Shown here piece by piece: positions 26,566 through 40,500 of a DNA stretch of 64,000 nt (positions within the stretch are counted from its first letter, which is position 1; every line of letters begins with the position of its first letter). The DNA comes from Camelus ferus. Taxonomy: Eukaryota. Position numbers and translations under genes: made by a program. The notes under the pieces were generated by a model, which had not been told where the DNA came from, did no database searches, and worked only from the letters and a program-made list of their open reading frames with translations. Location: the NCBI RefSeq assembly GCF_009834535.1, contig NC_045696.1, forward strand, positions 20,710,001 through 20,774,000. Reading direction: 5' to 3'.

Positions 26566-28773
26566 GGTAGTATTTACAGTATATACAGATTATAATTATT
26601 ATCATTCATCTTTTAGCAAAACTCCTCTGTGCTATTATACAAAACACCATTCTATCTTTTTTGGTACATTGAAAATTCCGGGAAAATTGATAGCCTCTGA
26701 GCCAAACTTAGATGCATCAGTATACTAAAAATCACTTTTATTTTTCTAAGCCTCACCAAAAACAAAATCACCTTTTCCTAATTTTTCTACAGTCCCCATG
26801 AAGGATTGAGGATAATTATTAGAGCAGAGTCACAAAATAATCATCCATGTTATTAATAGTGTTACACATGATATCATGTGTGAAGAAATCTGTTACAAGG
26901 ATATTTTTTAACACAAAATTACTTTAATAAAGAGATAAAAGTTACAAATATAATTATAAATTAAACAAATTGAATTGTTTATATAAAATTGAATCAAAAT
27001 ACAAGAACATTTATGTTAGCTGTGAAAACATGTAGAAAGTTAATACGGTATTTATGAAAGCGTTGAAAGAGCCATGCAAAGAATGGATAGAGTTTTGTTG
27101 ATGACTACGGTATGCTACTGAGAGCATTCTGGATTTATATGGAGATAGGTTTTAATGAGCATGAAATTCTCAAAGGGCCAATTCATTATTTTCTGTTTGG
27201 AATAAACACAAGGTAATTATTTTATTCTATTACTTTACTGATGTTCTTGATAAAGCAGAAGTCTTTATTTCATGGGAAAATCAAGAAGTTAATGCCAAGA
27301 AAACTGATTATATACTAGAGAATATCCTTCAATAATCCATATACACTTTAAGGAAAATATAAATGGATAAAATATGGGATCCATCTATGACATCAAATGA
27401 AAAGTTCAGAATAAGTTCCATAATGTTGTAAAGAACAGTTGTTCAACATCTCAAAATTGTTTCAAAAATCAATTCAAAACACATTCACATCCTGATGCAG
27501 TTTGCACATACCTTGATCTGAAAAATCTTGGTCACATACATTCTAGTATGTCAGATTTATCAAAAAATAAGAAAACAGCAAGGAAAAGTGTGCAAATGAA
27601 TATTCAAAGTGTTAAAGACAAAAAATACTGAAATTTCATATAAAATAAAAAAGCTGAAACCACCTCAGTAAATATCTAGGTTTCAGAAATTCTCATTTGA
27701 AATACAACAAATAACTAATTTTTGGTGGTTCTGTTATCTGTCGACCTGGGCAGGATAAGACATATGACATGTGGAAATGTGCTTAGTGGAGAGACCTATT
27801 ACAAGTGCAAACACAGGCAAGCAACTGTTCGTCTTAAGACTTTGTGAAACGCTCTGCAGTGGAGGCAGAAAAACAGAAAACACGTTTAAACACAAATTAC
27901 TTGTGTTTTATTTCTCTTGGCCTAACAATCTGTTAACTCTTATGAAGTTCTGAGGAAAACAAAAACCCAAGTAAGAAGAATGACATAATACTTCCTTTCC
28001 CATAATCCCAAAGAGACAATAATCATATCTTAAAAGGAACACATACGATACTCAGAATTTTTTTTCACACCACATGCTCTAACCACATTCTAATCATAAT
28101 ATATAAGACACTGCATGATAAAATTCTATTAAATCTTGTTTCAGAACACTAGAATAAATATGATGAACAATTAAACTGCTTTATGCTTTTGAACAACTGC
28201 ATATGCTAAACAGTAATGAATAAATGCAATTTGAAATGTATATCTTAATTTAGAATATATGTCCTTCTACTTAATTGTAAAGGCAAACATATGGACGCAA
28301 TAGAGATTACTCACATAGTTCAAATCAACATACTCTTATTTGGTACCCATTGTGTGCCAGGTTTTTTGCTCAATGCTTTCAATAGATAGTGACCTTAGTT
28401 TTTGATACGCTGATAGAAACTAACACATCATATTCTGAACAAAAACTAATTATGGTAAAAATTTCACAACAGAAATAATATGAAGGACAACAGATTATCT
28501 GAAATACAAGTAAAATCCATTTTACACTTATGTTTTAGAAAATTACTTATTCTGAAATGGCAGTTAAAACTATTTTTATTTAAAATAACTTTACCAGTTA
28601 TTTGTATTATGATCTATGACTCCATTTTTTCTAAAAATTGTTGAGACAGGAAATATAACCTTGAGTCATTCCTGTCTGTCTTTCCGTAAGTCATATCACT
28701 TCTAACTTTTTGAAAAGTTTGTGATTTTTTTTCTTAGATCATATCTAGATAGACACACAATTTCATACACATA

Positions 28774-28953
28774 CAGTGTTTCTCAAACTCCAAAGTGCAC
28801 GTGAATATTCTGTACATATGAACCATCCTGTTCACAGGCAGACTCTGATGCAGCAGGTCTGTGATGGGGCCACTCAATTCTGGATTTCCAACCTTGTCTC
28901 CCATGATGTTGATGTTACTAGTCTAATCTAGAGATAACATGTTGAATAGCAAG
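28774..28953. mobile_element. MER5-like hAT-Charlie MITE
   Basis: cagtgtttctcaaact start, gactctgatgcagcaggtctgtgatggggcc, and ttgaatagcaag end. Confidence 0.7.
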
Positions 28954-29089
28954 ATTCAAGATGTTACCAGGGCAGAATAGCTTTTGGTCAGAAAGAGGGA
29001 ACATCCAACTTCAAATCATTTGTAACTCTGCATGACTCTCTACTTGTTCTAGACAATTTAGAGACACCATAATCCTGAGGAGCCAAGTG

Positions 29090-29592
29090 AGTAGAAGAGG
29101 CTGAAAAATGCCCCCCAAAAAACTTCACATATAAACCCTGCAAACTGTAACTGTTACTTTATATATCATAAAGGGAGTCTTTGGAGATACGATGAAGTTA
29201 AGGATTTTGAGATGGAAAGGTTGTCCTGGATTATCCTGATCAGACCTAAATCATATGTATCTTCATAAGAGAAAGGCTGAGGGAGACTTTACATACACAT
29301 AGGAGAATTCTATGTAAAGATGGAGCAGGAAGAGGTATAAAGATATTGACCTTGATGGTTAGAGTGATACAGTAGCAAGCCAAGGAATTCCAAGAGACAC
29401 CAGGAGCAGGAAGACACAAAGAAGGAGTCTCCCATAAAGGCTCCAAAGAGAGCAAGGCCTTGCTGACATACTGATACCATCCCGGGGATACTGATTTCAG
29501 ACTGTGTCCTCCAGACCTGTGAGAAAAAGCTGTACTGTTTTAAGCCACCAGGCTTCTGGTTATTAGCTATAGTAACACGGAAAACTAATATA
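29090..29592 (+). mobile_element. MaLR solo LTR, MLT1C/D-like
   Basis: gttaaggattttgagatgg...tcctggattatcc...gccaaggaat...tgttttaagccacca...gaaaactaata. Confidence 0.85.
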
Positions 29593-30224
29593 GGAGGATT
29601 TGTCAGAAACATCTAATTACATATTACCCTCACAGTTTAGGGAAAGTTTCCTCACGAACCTAATACTTATATGAGTAATTTATTTTAGTGATCACATCTC
29701 CATTTAAAGTTCTTGGAGTTAAATATTTTAGTATTCGACATTGGAAGCCAAAGACTTAGAAAATTATGAAACAAAAAAATTACAAATTCTTACAATATTG
29801 TACAGCTGTAACACTAAAAACTAAATCTAAAAAATAAGAGCATTAGAAAATATTCTCCAAATACATCAAGGAGTTAAATCAGTAGGTTTATGAAAATGAT
29901 GCTCTTTAAATGTCACTTAATACTTTTCAGTGATTAGGTTTTCCAAAAATGAAATTCAAGCAGTAAAAAAAAAAGTGTCAATTCTAGGCCATCTGCATAT
30001 GTTTAGCTGCAATATGATTCTAATCAAATCACAAATGGAAATTAAATTAAGTCAATTTTGATTTATACCTGAGGTGTCTCAATCAGAACATTTCATCAAA
30101 CTAATGAAACTAATTCCCACATAATGTTATGAAGGTAATTGGTGCAAAGCAATAGAAAAACAAATTTTCAATAAGCGTTTTAGCAGCTATTTTCTATTAC
30201 GATGTATTCAAAATCAACAGAACA

Positions 30225-30360
30225 GGAGAAGGGTATATAGCTCAGGTGTAGACTGAATGCTTAGCATGCACGAGGTCCTGGGTTCAATCCTCAGTACCGC
30301 CATTAAATAAATAAATAAATAAAAACCTAATTACCTCCTGCCTCAAAAAAAAGTATACAA
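30225..30360 (+). mobile_element. Camelid Vic-1-type tRNA-derived SINE with target-site duplication
   Basis: gggtatatagctcagg...B box GGTTCAATCC (30281-30290)...(AAAT)n aaacctaattacctcc; flanks ttcaaaatcaacagaaca (30207-30224) and ttcaaagtcaataggaata (30361-30379). Confidence 0.9.
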
Positions 30361-32356
30361 TTCAAAGTCAATAGGAATAGAAGATACATATGTATGTGTA
30401 TGAGTATGCATATGCATGTATGTGCCTAAATGTTATTACATTAACAATCCATAATTCTATGCTATCTTAAGGGGAAAAAAATCCAGCAACCTTCGTTTTA
30501 ATCCAGTTTTAACAATTAATACTTCTGTAAAAAATCAGAGAATAAATGAAATAAGACACTCAAGGCCTGGGAATTTTCTTTTTCTTTGTTCTCATTTTAT
30601 TTTTCTATCAACCAAGATTAATTTAACCTGGAAAACAGTCATGTAAATTGTCTCTATTTCCTATTTTGTGCATAGGTAGAGGTAGTAGTTTACTTCACCT
30701 CTTCAACAAACGAAGAATTCATAAAATTTTTTTTAATTTAAATATGAAAATCAAATGGTTAAGTGTACACTGTTTAGTCAAAAGATACCATAAGGTTTAT
30801 TCAGAGTTTCTTCTGCATGTACATGAATCATAGCTCTAACAAATTTTAATTCAAATTTCTCTTGTGCTATTTACTTGCTTTTGTCTATTTAATGTAACTA
30901 TCATGTTATCTCTTAATTCTTAACTTTTTAATGCTATCTACTGCCTAAATCTTATAAAAGAAGGAGACTTAGGTGTCTTATAATATCACCTCCCTGTGAT
31001 AGATACTGTCTTTTTCTATCCTTCCAATATCCTTAACCTAAATACTCTATTTGAAACAATGTTCAGTGTTTTTATTTTTATTAGGCAAATAATAATAATG
31101 ACATTATTTATATTTTGTAACTTGTATTCTCTTTTACTCAGAATTAATGATTTATATGTTCTATTAGATTGTTTTCCTTGCATATAAACATTCATTAATT
31201 TGAAAATTATAAAATTTAAACACTTCTCTCCTTCAAGAAAAAACACACTAAAGGATTTACTAGTTCTATGTTTTTTCCTTAATGACAATTCTCTTGCATC
31301 TCTTTATTTTAAATTGGTGTCATTATTTGCCAACAGATCCTACAAATTTCTTTCTCTTTGTTTTCCCACCTTTCTGGTGAAGATTATTTTCTTACAGCTT
31401 TCTCAAAAATAGTTCTTGAAAGCTAAAGTTGCTGTGCCCTTGAATATATAAAAATGCCTTTATTTACCATAATGATTGACTAATGTTGTCAGGTATAAAA
31501 CACTTAATCAAAAGTAATTTTACTTTAGAATTCCAAAATTTGTGGCAGTTGGGACTAATTATTTTAAGAGGTTTATAAATTTACTTCTGTTGTATTTTAC
31601 TCTCATTTTCAGCTGAATTCATATTTCAGTAAATATATGGCTGTAGTAGTATGAATGGACTGAGAAATTTTCTGGTTCTGTATTCTCATTCTGGCAACCA
31701 ACTAATACAATTTCAATGTTAAATAAAACATACAAAACACTTCATTGGGATCAGGAAATAATGCACCATCAACAAAGATGACAAAGTATCAGTCAAAAAT
31801 ATTAGTGAAACAAGACAGAAATATGATAGAATAGACTTGACATTGCACATCTAACAAATATATTTTTCTCCACTCATTAAATAAATGTAATCTATTGCTC
31901 TTGGAAAAAATTCTGTCATCCTTCAAATAGACACCAAGGTTAGTATAATCTGGCCCCTATATTTCTCTCTAGCCACGTCTCCTGACTCTCAGCATATTGT
32001 GTTTATAATTCTGCTGATCCATGAACTTTTCTTAGCTCCTTGATTCTTTAATTGCTTTAAATCCTTTAACATTTTGTACCTTTAAACCTTAATTATGTTT
32101 TATATCCCTTAAATAGTCCACATGATTAGTTTGGGCCTTCTTGTTATAAGAGCCTTGATTTTCATTTCTAAGCATTTTTATATATTTATGTTACTTAAAT
32201 GAATTTAAATAATATTCATTTCAACTCTGTCTTATCTGAAAGGGGCTCTATTTTGTTCAATACTATATGCCCATGATGCTATACACATGGCCCTGATGTA
32301 TTATTTGATGTCAAAAATTAACCTTCCAATTTTTTGATTTTCATATACACATAACA

Positions 32357-32357
<1 letters not shown>

Positions 32358-32389
<32 letters not shown>
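32358..32389. repeat. (CA)n microsatellite
   Basis: Direct reading. Confidence 0.97.
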
Positions 32390-32391
<2 letters not shown>

Positions 32392-33679
32392 CTTTTACTA
32401 CCTATCCATTGAACTGAAGTATGATCATTGGGCTCCTATCAGTATGCATAGTTTAAAAAACTAAATAGCATATTGTTTAAATTGTTACTATAACTTTAAA
32501 ATATATTTCTTGTCTCTCAGTAAAAGCCACCAGAATTTAATGTCATTTGCTAATTTATTTTAACCTGCTTAAATACTATGATTCAGTAGCAAATTCCTTT
32601 TGAAGCTTATTTCCAGCCCAGCCAAGGAAGTACCCTGAGGCTTTTAAACTGTTTTTCTTGCAAGGTTTGTTATTGTTTCTACAACTAACCATTAAGAGCA
32701 GCCAGGTGAATAGTAACTACACAGAAAGCATATACAATTCAAGATTGTTACACAAAAATCAAGATGAGTCAGGATTTTCTGACCATAAAGACAAGGATGC
32801 ACACAAACCTGTCCTTTCACATTCATGATGTATCTACGATGAATTATGTTTTTAAACAAAATTTGCTCTGTTATTAAAAAGTGCACTTGATTCACCTAGA
32901 TAAACATAATCGAAAATTATCAAGCCAGATAAGTAGAAGTGATAGATAAATCTATTAGTTATTTTTTTTCTGCTGAAACAAAGCTATTATATAATGCAAA
33001 TTGAGGAGGAAAAACAAGACAACATCTTCAAATATCAACAATTTTGCATCATTTAAACTTTACATATAAAGGGAAGTAAATGAAAGGAACAAGTGAACAC
33101 AGAATGGAATTCTACTAAAACACATTATCTTGTTCTCCCCACTAGAATGATAGACGATATAAGAGATACTTATTTTCTAGCTGGAGTTTTGTGATTATCA
33201 GAACACTACTTCCCATTAAAAAAAAAACAAACAAGTTTATTTGGAGATAAGTAAATCAAACAGGAGAAATATAGAAATTATAACTTTCTTGAGAGTATCT
33301 ATTTGATATAGTCAATACATATCTCATATGCAGGCTTCATTTTTTTCAAAAACAAAAAAAATCCCTTTCTGATAAACTATATTTCATAGTTTAAAAATAG
33401 GTGATGTATTTTGTATAGAAGATTGATCTGATTTGATTTCATCAATTTCAACTTAATGTAAAACACTTCAACATATTATTATTTATTTAATGAAATAAAT
33501 ATCTAGAATTGGAAAATTTCAATAAAACTTAACACTTCAAAATTCTCTTTGTTAAATTAGAATAGTCAATGTCTAGCGGACATACTGAAAAGTTTAAGCA
33601 TAGACTTAATTGATGTTTTAAGAATTCATGAGAGTATTTTAGTGAGGAAGGCTTGATTTCTTTGAACTTCTTTAGTCAG

Positions 33680-34050
33680 AGTAAAATATATGTGGTTACA
33701 ATCAACAACAAAAAAATCTCATTGGCTTAATATCATGATTATTTGTCATTTTTATTCATATTTAATCCACTTAGAGACCAAGATTCCATCCATGTTTGGT
33801 TCTATCCTTCCTTATGATCTTGAGGTCTTAACCACTGAGGTGAATAAAGAAGAAACAAAAAATAGAATTATATATGGGGAAATTTTTTTTGTGACTAGTC
33901 TGGAAATGTCATTAGCTTATTCATCCAGTTAACCAGAACTCAATCACATGGCTACACTAAATACAAGGGAATCTGCTAAGTGTGGCCTAAGTATACATCC
34001 AGGAAGATGAATAAATGGGTTGAGCGAGAAAACTGCAAATCTCTGGCAAA
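33680..34050. mobile_element. Old MaLR LTR fragment (MLT1-like)
   Basis: ccagaactcaatcacatggctacactaaatacaagggaatctgctaagtgtgg resembles old MLT1 sequence. Confidence 0.55.
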
Positions 34051-34769
34051 AATCCAGTTATCCCTTTATTAAAATGTTTTAATCCCTCTCTTAATATAAA
34101 CTTGGTTTCACAATATAGTGTTGCAAGCCAAAGAACAGACTGCCATCTCGTTTATCTGAATAATGTTCATTTCCACAAATACACATGTATTTTCAGTAAT
34201 TTAATTATTAAACATATCATATCTTTATACAAATAGGATATAAATATTATTTTTCTTATTTCCTTAAAAGTTCTCTATATTATCAATAATACAATTTCTA
34301 TTTCTTTCCCCTTATAAGAGACTGAAAGTAACTATGAGAAACTATGCCAGCTTTTAAGAAAACACAAGATACAGTTACCTTACAAGTTAGATTAAATTTG
34401 GTATTTATTTAATAGCATATTCAAATCAAGACTAAACTCTAGTTTATATTACCAAATAATTGTTCCATTGGTCAGAATGTTTGATCCAAAGAATGACAGA
34501 ATGATTCTCTTAACAAAATTTATATTCACACTAAGGTAATACAAATTTAAATAAAACATATTATTGTCTGCATCACTCTAGAAAAAACCACAATCTGTAG
34601 GTAAGAATAATGTAGATTTTACTTTTTGAAAGCAATGCATATTTTAATAAATATGACCATGGTGAGAAATTATGGCACATACACCAAATTTATATGTATG
34701 TTACAGCTAAGTAGTTGTTTTGGTACCACACTAACAAATGATCATTTATCTAATAACTATTAAGTATAT

Positions 34770-34955
34770 GGGCATGGTTGTGAATTTGTGACCCTGATCA
34801 AACCACTAAATTTCTCTGTGCCTAAGCTTGTTCCTCATCTACAATTTGTATTTTTTAGTATCAATGTATCAGGGTTATTGCAAGGTTAGATTATTTAATT
34901 GAGATTAACTACATAGAATGGTGTCTGCCACTGAGGAAACACTCAGTAAACTCTG
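34770..34955 (+). mobile_element. MIR SINE
   Basis: gtgaccctgatcaaaccactaaatttctctgtgcctaagcttgttcctcatct...cagggttattgcaagg...actcagtaaa. Confidence 0.7.
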
Positions 34956-37900
34956 TTTATATTTGCATGTGTACTTTTTCAAGATGTATACAACCCTCGA
35001 AAATATGCATTCCTTTCATTATATTACAGATGAGGGAAACAAGCCTCACAGTGTCCTTCATAAGTCACTTATCACTTCTTTAGCAAAGAGTTAGCAAATA
35101 TTTTATTGAATTGAATAATAATGATATGAACTAGGATAGAGCTAATAATATACAATAGATAATGTATAAAATGTGATGACAGAAAACCTAATAAAATGTT
35201 TAGGTTTTGTTAGTAAGATATTTCAAGTTATCTTTAAAGTGGCAACCATGTATTATTTCTAGATAATATTAAATGTATAATGTCTATAGATATTAAATGT
35301 ATTTCCCCCAAAACTTCAAAAACTATGTGAGAAGCATTTTTGCTAAATTTAACAATATGTAGTGATTAACTTACTGTGTATATTAAGAAGCTAATGAAAC
35401 GAAGGAAAGATGTGCTCCAGAAAAGTAGACTATGAATCAAATATAAAAAAGAAGGAATTCTTGTGACAGTGGATCTATGCAGGAGATATGTGATTGGAAG
35501 TCCTAAAATGATTATATAAAAATCCTACAGTTGGATTTCCACATTGCAGACCTAAAAAACACACATCCCAAATAGCAGTCAGAGGGCTGCGGATTCCAGG
35601 TAGAGGTCTTTAGAAGAAAAGCAAACAGAACTGGTGTTTGAACATTTAATTACATTGTTGAAAAGTAAGTGGCAGAATTGTTTACCGTGTACAATTAAAA
35701 ATAACTAAGTAGAAAATCACATGAGGGAAAATAATGAGACAATAGTTAAACAAAGAAAAATAAAGAGATGTAAAAGAAAAAATATTGTATTATATTACTT
35801 AAACTCAGTATTGATTAGTGTTTACATACACTGTAAAGATTATTTAATCAAATACTTTGGTTTAACTATGAGGGACGATGATAATGAAAATATTGGTGGG
35901 AATATTTCATCTTCCTTGTAGCACTCATGAGATTATGCATAAAATACATAAATCATGAAACAGCCTTTCAATCGGGGAATCTAGAAAGAGAGAGATAAGT
36001 TCTGTGAAAAGGTAGTGCATGAATTGAGAATGGCTGCTTTGAAAGTGTATGAACATAGAAAAGAGATAGAGAAAGTGAGTAAAGGTTTTCATTGTAAGAC
36101 TCATAGGCATATTTTTAAAACAATAAGGATATACTGCACTAATGAAAAAAATTTTTAAGTTTAATTTTCTATTGTGTAATGTATTTTTCTGATTAATTAA
36201 AATATATGTCTTAAGCAAGCAGCTCTATTTTCAAATATGAACTTTACTTTATAAATCAAGAGTTACATTCTATAATGTGTATCCCCCTCCCTACAAATCA
36301 CATACAAAAGATTTGTCCAACTCTCTTCTTTCAAAATACTCTCCTATTTTTCACATCTTTCTTTAACTAGCAGCTACATTCTCTGTATATATCAATTGAG
36401 ATAAAAGCATCATAAATCCAACAGAATATTGGTCAGATGTGCATTTTATTTCATAAAGATTTGAGAATGTTTAAAGATAAGCACGTCTGTAAGAATGCAT
36501 ATGTCTTAGCTATTCAGTTTGCAGACAGTTCTAGGTGCGTATGTGTATTCTCAAGTAGTTTGGAATGAATCTCTCATGTCTAAGAATTTGAGAGAAAAAC
36601 CTATACCCATCAGAAAACTGTATCTCTAATCGCTTAGAATTGGACTGTTTTTCAATTTCAGTTGTTATTCTTCCTTCACGTTTCTTAGCATTTTAGAGTA
36701 TCTCTTCAATTATGCCCAAATCCTATGAATACATTGTAGATAAAATGTTCTCCTTTAAATTATGCTAGACTTTAACTCCCACTATTAAATGCCTTAATCA
36801 GTATTATGTAAGACATCACTATATGTTTCTAATCAGTAAACATAATATTTGTAAGTTTGCCAATGGAAATGACCCTCAATTAAGTAATACTGGTTTCATT
36901 AGAAATGCAAAAAGAGGGACCATAAACATCATTTTATACCATCTATGCTCTATCTTCTTTATAGGAACTTAACCCTTCAAAAAGGGAATAGGTTAATAAA
37001 CCATGTCATCTGAGTGTCTATATGAAAGACCATGTTAAGAAGTTGAAATTTATGTTAAAATACAAAACCTCTATGAAGGCAGATACATAAAAAGTCAACT
37101 TTTTGAAGCAAAATAATATAAAAAGCATGAGTTCTAGGTCTTAAGATTTTAGTGAAAAGATTAATATGATAATACATAAATGGATCATTTCTATTAGCCT
37201 CATACTTCTTGGTTGCTGCATCTGAAGTGAATGTAACAGAAAATGGAGCACATAATTCGTAGACACCATTAATAGATTTCGAGCTCATATAGATTTTAAA
37301 CCATTTCTGTTATTTTCCCCCTTTTGGTATGCAGTGTCTTATTAATGCATGCATAATTCAATAACATTTCAGGCTGTTGAACTTTAAAACACAGCAGAGA
37401 TCTGCAATTATATTTGGGTAATTCACTTTGAGAAATTGCTGGCATGTACTATAATTCTATCATTTAAACCTTCTCCTTTAATTTTATCTGTTGATAATTT
37501 CAATTATTTTATATTGCCAATAAGTCACTGATGACTATACCAGTGAGATTTTGTTATAGGTATTAGTCAGAGAAGCAAATTAGCTTAAGTCGTATACTCT
37601 GCAAAGACAGTGATTTTTTTTTAATACTGAGAATTGGCTTTTAATATTAATTTTATAGCTGGTTTATTGGGTGTGCTATTCTTAGAAAAGAGTTTGTGTC
37701 AGGTGTTTCTCCTTATTTTAGTAGACACAAAGTTGTACATTCCTGAAAAACATTTCCAAGCTCTCTCTCTCGCTCTTATTTTCTTGCTCACTGGTTTAGT
37801 TTTGCTTTACAGGTGAAAGAAATTTCTTGTAAATATATTGCTGTGGCCAAATGTTTTGTAAGGTTTTCTGTAATATCTGATATTTATAAAGCTATCATAT

Positions 37901-38486
37901 TGCCTTTTCCATAATCCCCCATCATTCTATTTTGCATAGAGATTGCCAAATTTCAAACTGTTCATTACTACAACAAATTCTTTGAAGTCTGCCCAACATG
38001 GCATCACTAATTCCAACTCTTAGAGGACCCTACACGTAGCCTTAGAAAATTTGTCAATTATTCCACATACCTTTTGAAAACGATGCCTTTTTGTTTTACA
38101 AAGTCACACCATTACGTATCACCTTAATTTGAATAGTATAATATAATATAGGGACTTACAGTGTCTTTAAGCTATACTATTCATGATGCTTATTAGTGTT
38201 TTATGTATTAAAGATTGAAGTTATCAGTGTAATTTAAAAATTGCTTGTGGGCATGAGCCATATTTCGTATTTCATTTAAACCACATGGTACTTCCCATAA
38301 TGAAAAGCATTTTGGCAAGTCAATATAGCAACCTCATTTAATAATATTTATTTTAATGTTATTCATTGCCTACCTACTAAGCACCAGATACTGTATTGAG
38401 TATTCAATACATTTGGCTCATGAAGCTCTATTCAGGTTCCTAACAGCAAGTAGCAGCTTATTAATTTGGTGATGTATGGGACCATT

Positions 38487-38796
38487 CAGGTGATTCTAAT
38501 TTTATTACACTTTGCTTTATTGCACTTCACAAATATTGTGTTTTTTTAATAAATTGAAAGTTTGTGTCAACCCTGTGTCTAGCAAGTCTATCAGCCCCAT
38601 TTTTCCAAAAGCATTATTTTTAAGTTATGTACATTGTTTTTTAAACATAATGCTATTGCATACGTAATAGACTACAGTCAAGTGGAAACATTAATTTCAT
38701 GTGCACTGAAAAACCAAAAAAAAAAAAAAAAAAAGCATGACTCACTTTTTTGCAGTGGTCTGGAACTAAACCTGCAATATCTCTGAGGTATTCCTG
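38487..38796 (+). mobile_element. Internally deleted Tigger1-derived DNA transposon (MITE)
   Basis: Tigger1 left end (ctttattgcacttcacaaatattg...caaccctgtgtctagcaagtctatcagc) joined to the right end (gtggtctggaactaaacctgcaatatctctgaggtattcctg) followed by TA. Confidence 0.88.
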
Positions 38797-39383
38797 TACT
38801 TGAAAAATTCTGTGCCTATTAAATTCTATGCTTAGTGAAAAATGCATGTTAAGTTGGCTTTATTTTAGATTTTTAACTTATATTTTGTTGGCATCAATAC
38901 AAAATTGGCACTGGCCATACTGAAGTATATAAAAACTAGAAAAAGGATTAAAAATTAATGTTGGATTTGAGGAATATATAAATGTTGATACTTCACCAAA
39001 TAAAACCCTGTAATCTGCTAGAATGAGGGAGATTTTTATCAAGTAGCACTGACAGGCTTTCTTCATCCAAAAGCCAGTTGAACCATAAAGGACCTCTCAC
39101 AGGTACAGGCAAGTAAGAAAATGTACAGAAAAGAAAAAAGGCAAAGTTCTGAAAGTCAAAGAGAACTATCATAAAGGGAAGCCAATTTCAGTAAAAACTG
39201 GCAGATACAGAAGAGATACACTAAGATTACATTAGACGACAGAGAATTACTTTACAATTTGTGAAAATATGACCAGACATAGTTCGAGGTAGACAAATGA
39301 AACCGATAAAGTGAAGCAATGTGGACAGCAATACTGAAAACACACACATACAGACATGCATTTTCTGTCAGATAGTAGGTAAC

Positions 39384-39800
39384 TGTGATGGTTGATATTA
39401 TGTGTTAACTTAGCTAGGCAACAGAACCCATACTTGATTAAGTATCAGTCTGAATGTGTCTATGAAGGTATTTTTCAGATGAGATTAGATTAACATTTCA
39501 TTCAGTAGACTTAGAATAAAGTAGATTATCGTCCATTAAGTGGTTGGGTCCCACCTAATCAGTTGAAGACCTTAAGAAAAGAGACAGGTTCAGAGCGAGA
39601 GGGGCAGGAATTCTACCACCATACTGTCTTCAGATTCTAGCTGCAACATCACCTCTTTAAATCTCCAACCTGCTGGCTGACCCTGCTGATTTTAGCCTTG
39701 CCAACCTCTTCAATCAAATGAGTCAATTCTTTAAAATAAATCTCTCCTTTCTCGTGTGTCTGTATCAATATACCTGTCTCTACCTATAAATAAGGATAGA
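39384..39800 (+). mobile_element. ERV-L LTR, MLT2-like, 3' end missing or degraded
   Basis: TGTGATGGTTgatattatgtgttaact start; gaaggtatttttcagatgagatt; aatcagttgaagacctt; gagtcaattctttaaaataaatctctc. Confidence 0.85.
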
Positions 39801-39829
39801 TCTATTGATAAATATAAATACAGATGGCT

Positions 39830-40500
39830 GCGATACGTCAGAAAAAGAAAATAATGCTCTAAGATTGCTCTCCACGGAAAAGGCGCCATGAACAGGGTAG
39901 CAGTGGTCTCTTGGGGTGAATTTTAGACACCCCTAAGCCGCCGGGAGAAACAACTCGCCCCAAGAATGTGCAACGGAACTCATGTCTGGGTCAATGAGGC
40001 CCTGGACCTTGGCAGACATCAGAGAGAGCCCCAGGCTTCTGTACTGGAAACCTGCTTCGCTGCCTCAGGCCCTGTGGGCTCCTGGAAGGTTCTCAGGTTT
40101 GCAGCCCCACCATGAGCACTTCACTCCCACCCCCACACAGCCCGTGCCGGCGCCCGCCCCCCAGTACCTGGCAGGTCTCACGCAGGCTCCACCGCGCTGT
40201 GACTGCGTTGGGGGCAGCTCAGAGGTGTCCACAAGAACTGGGGTATTCCCGGTAGACGACAGGAGCCACACCTCTTACTAACAAACCTGGCGCGAGCAGC
40301 CTCTGGCGCCCAGACCACAGGTGTTTCCCATCCCCGCTCTGCCCTGCAGGCCACCGTAGGATCCCGGAGATCCCGCGAGATCCCGCGAGATCCCGCTTCT
40401 TCTGGGAGGTTGGCGGACTCTCTGGCGTCTCGGCCTGTTTCAGCGATTCTCTGCGCTGCCGCCGTTGCTCAGCGCCGCCCAGCCGGTCTTCTCCCTGGAT
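39830..40500. promoter_or_regulatory. CpG island, probable TATA-less promoter of an unidentified gene
   Basis: The only strongly GC- and CpG-rich stretch in an AT-rich window; TCCCGCGAGA repeats, GC box CCCGCCCC at 40153-40160, minus-strand CCAAT at 40501-40505, candidate minus-strand donors after 40287 (CAG/GTTTGT) and 40168 (CAG/GTACTG followed by G-runs). Confidence 0.8.
40362..40396. promoter_or_regulatory. Tandem CGCG-element / BANP-type motifs
   Basis: tcccggaga tcccgcgaga tcccgcgaga tcccgc: two full copies (40371-40380, 40381-40390), each one mismatch from TCTCGCGAGA, plus two partial copies. Confidence 0.75.

Noticed and set aside
40464..40476. RFX X-box-like GTTGCTCAGCGCC
   Set aside because: Only one half-site matches well; not enough to call a ciliary-gene promoter.
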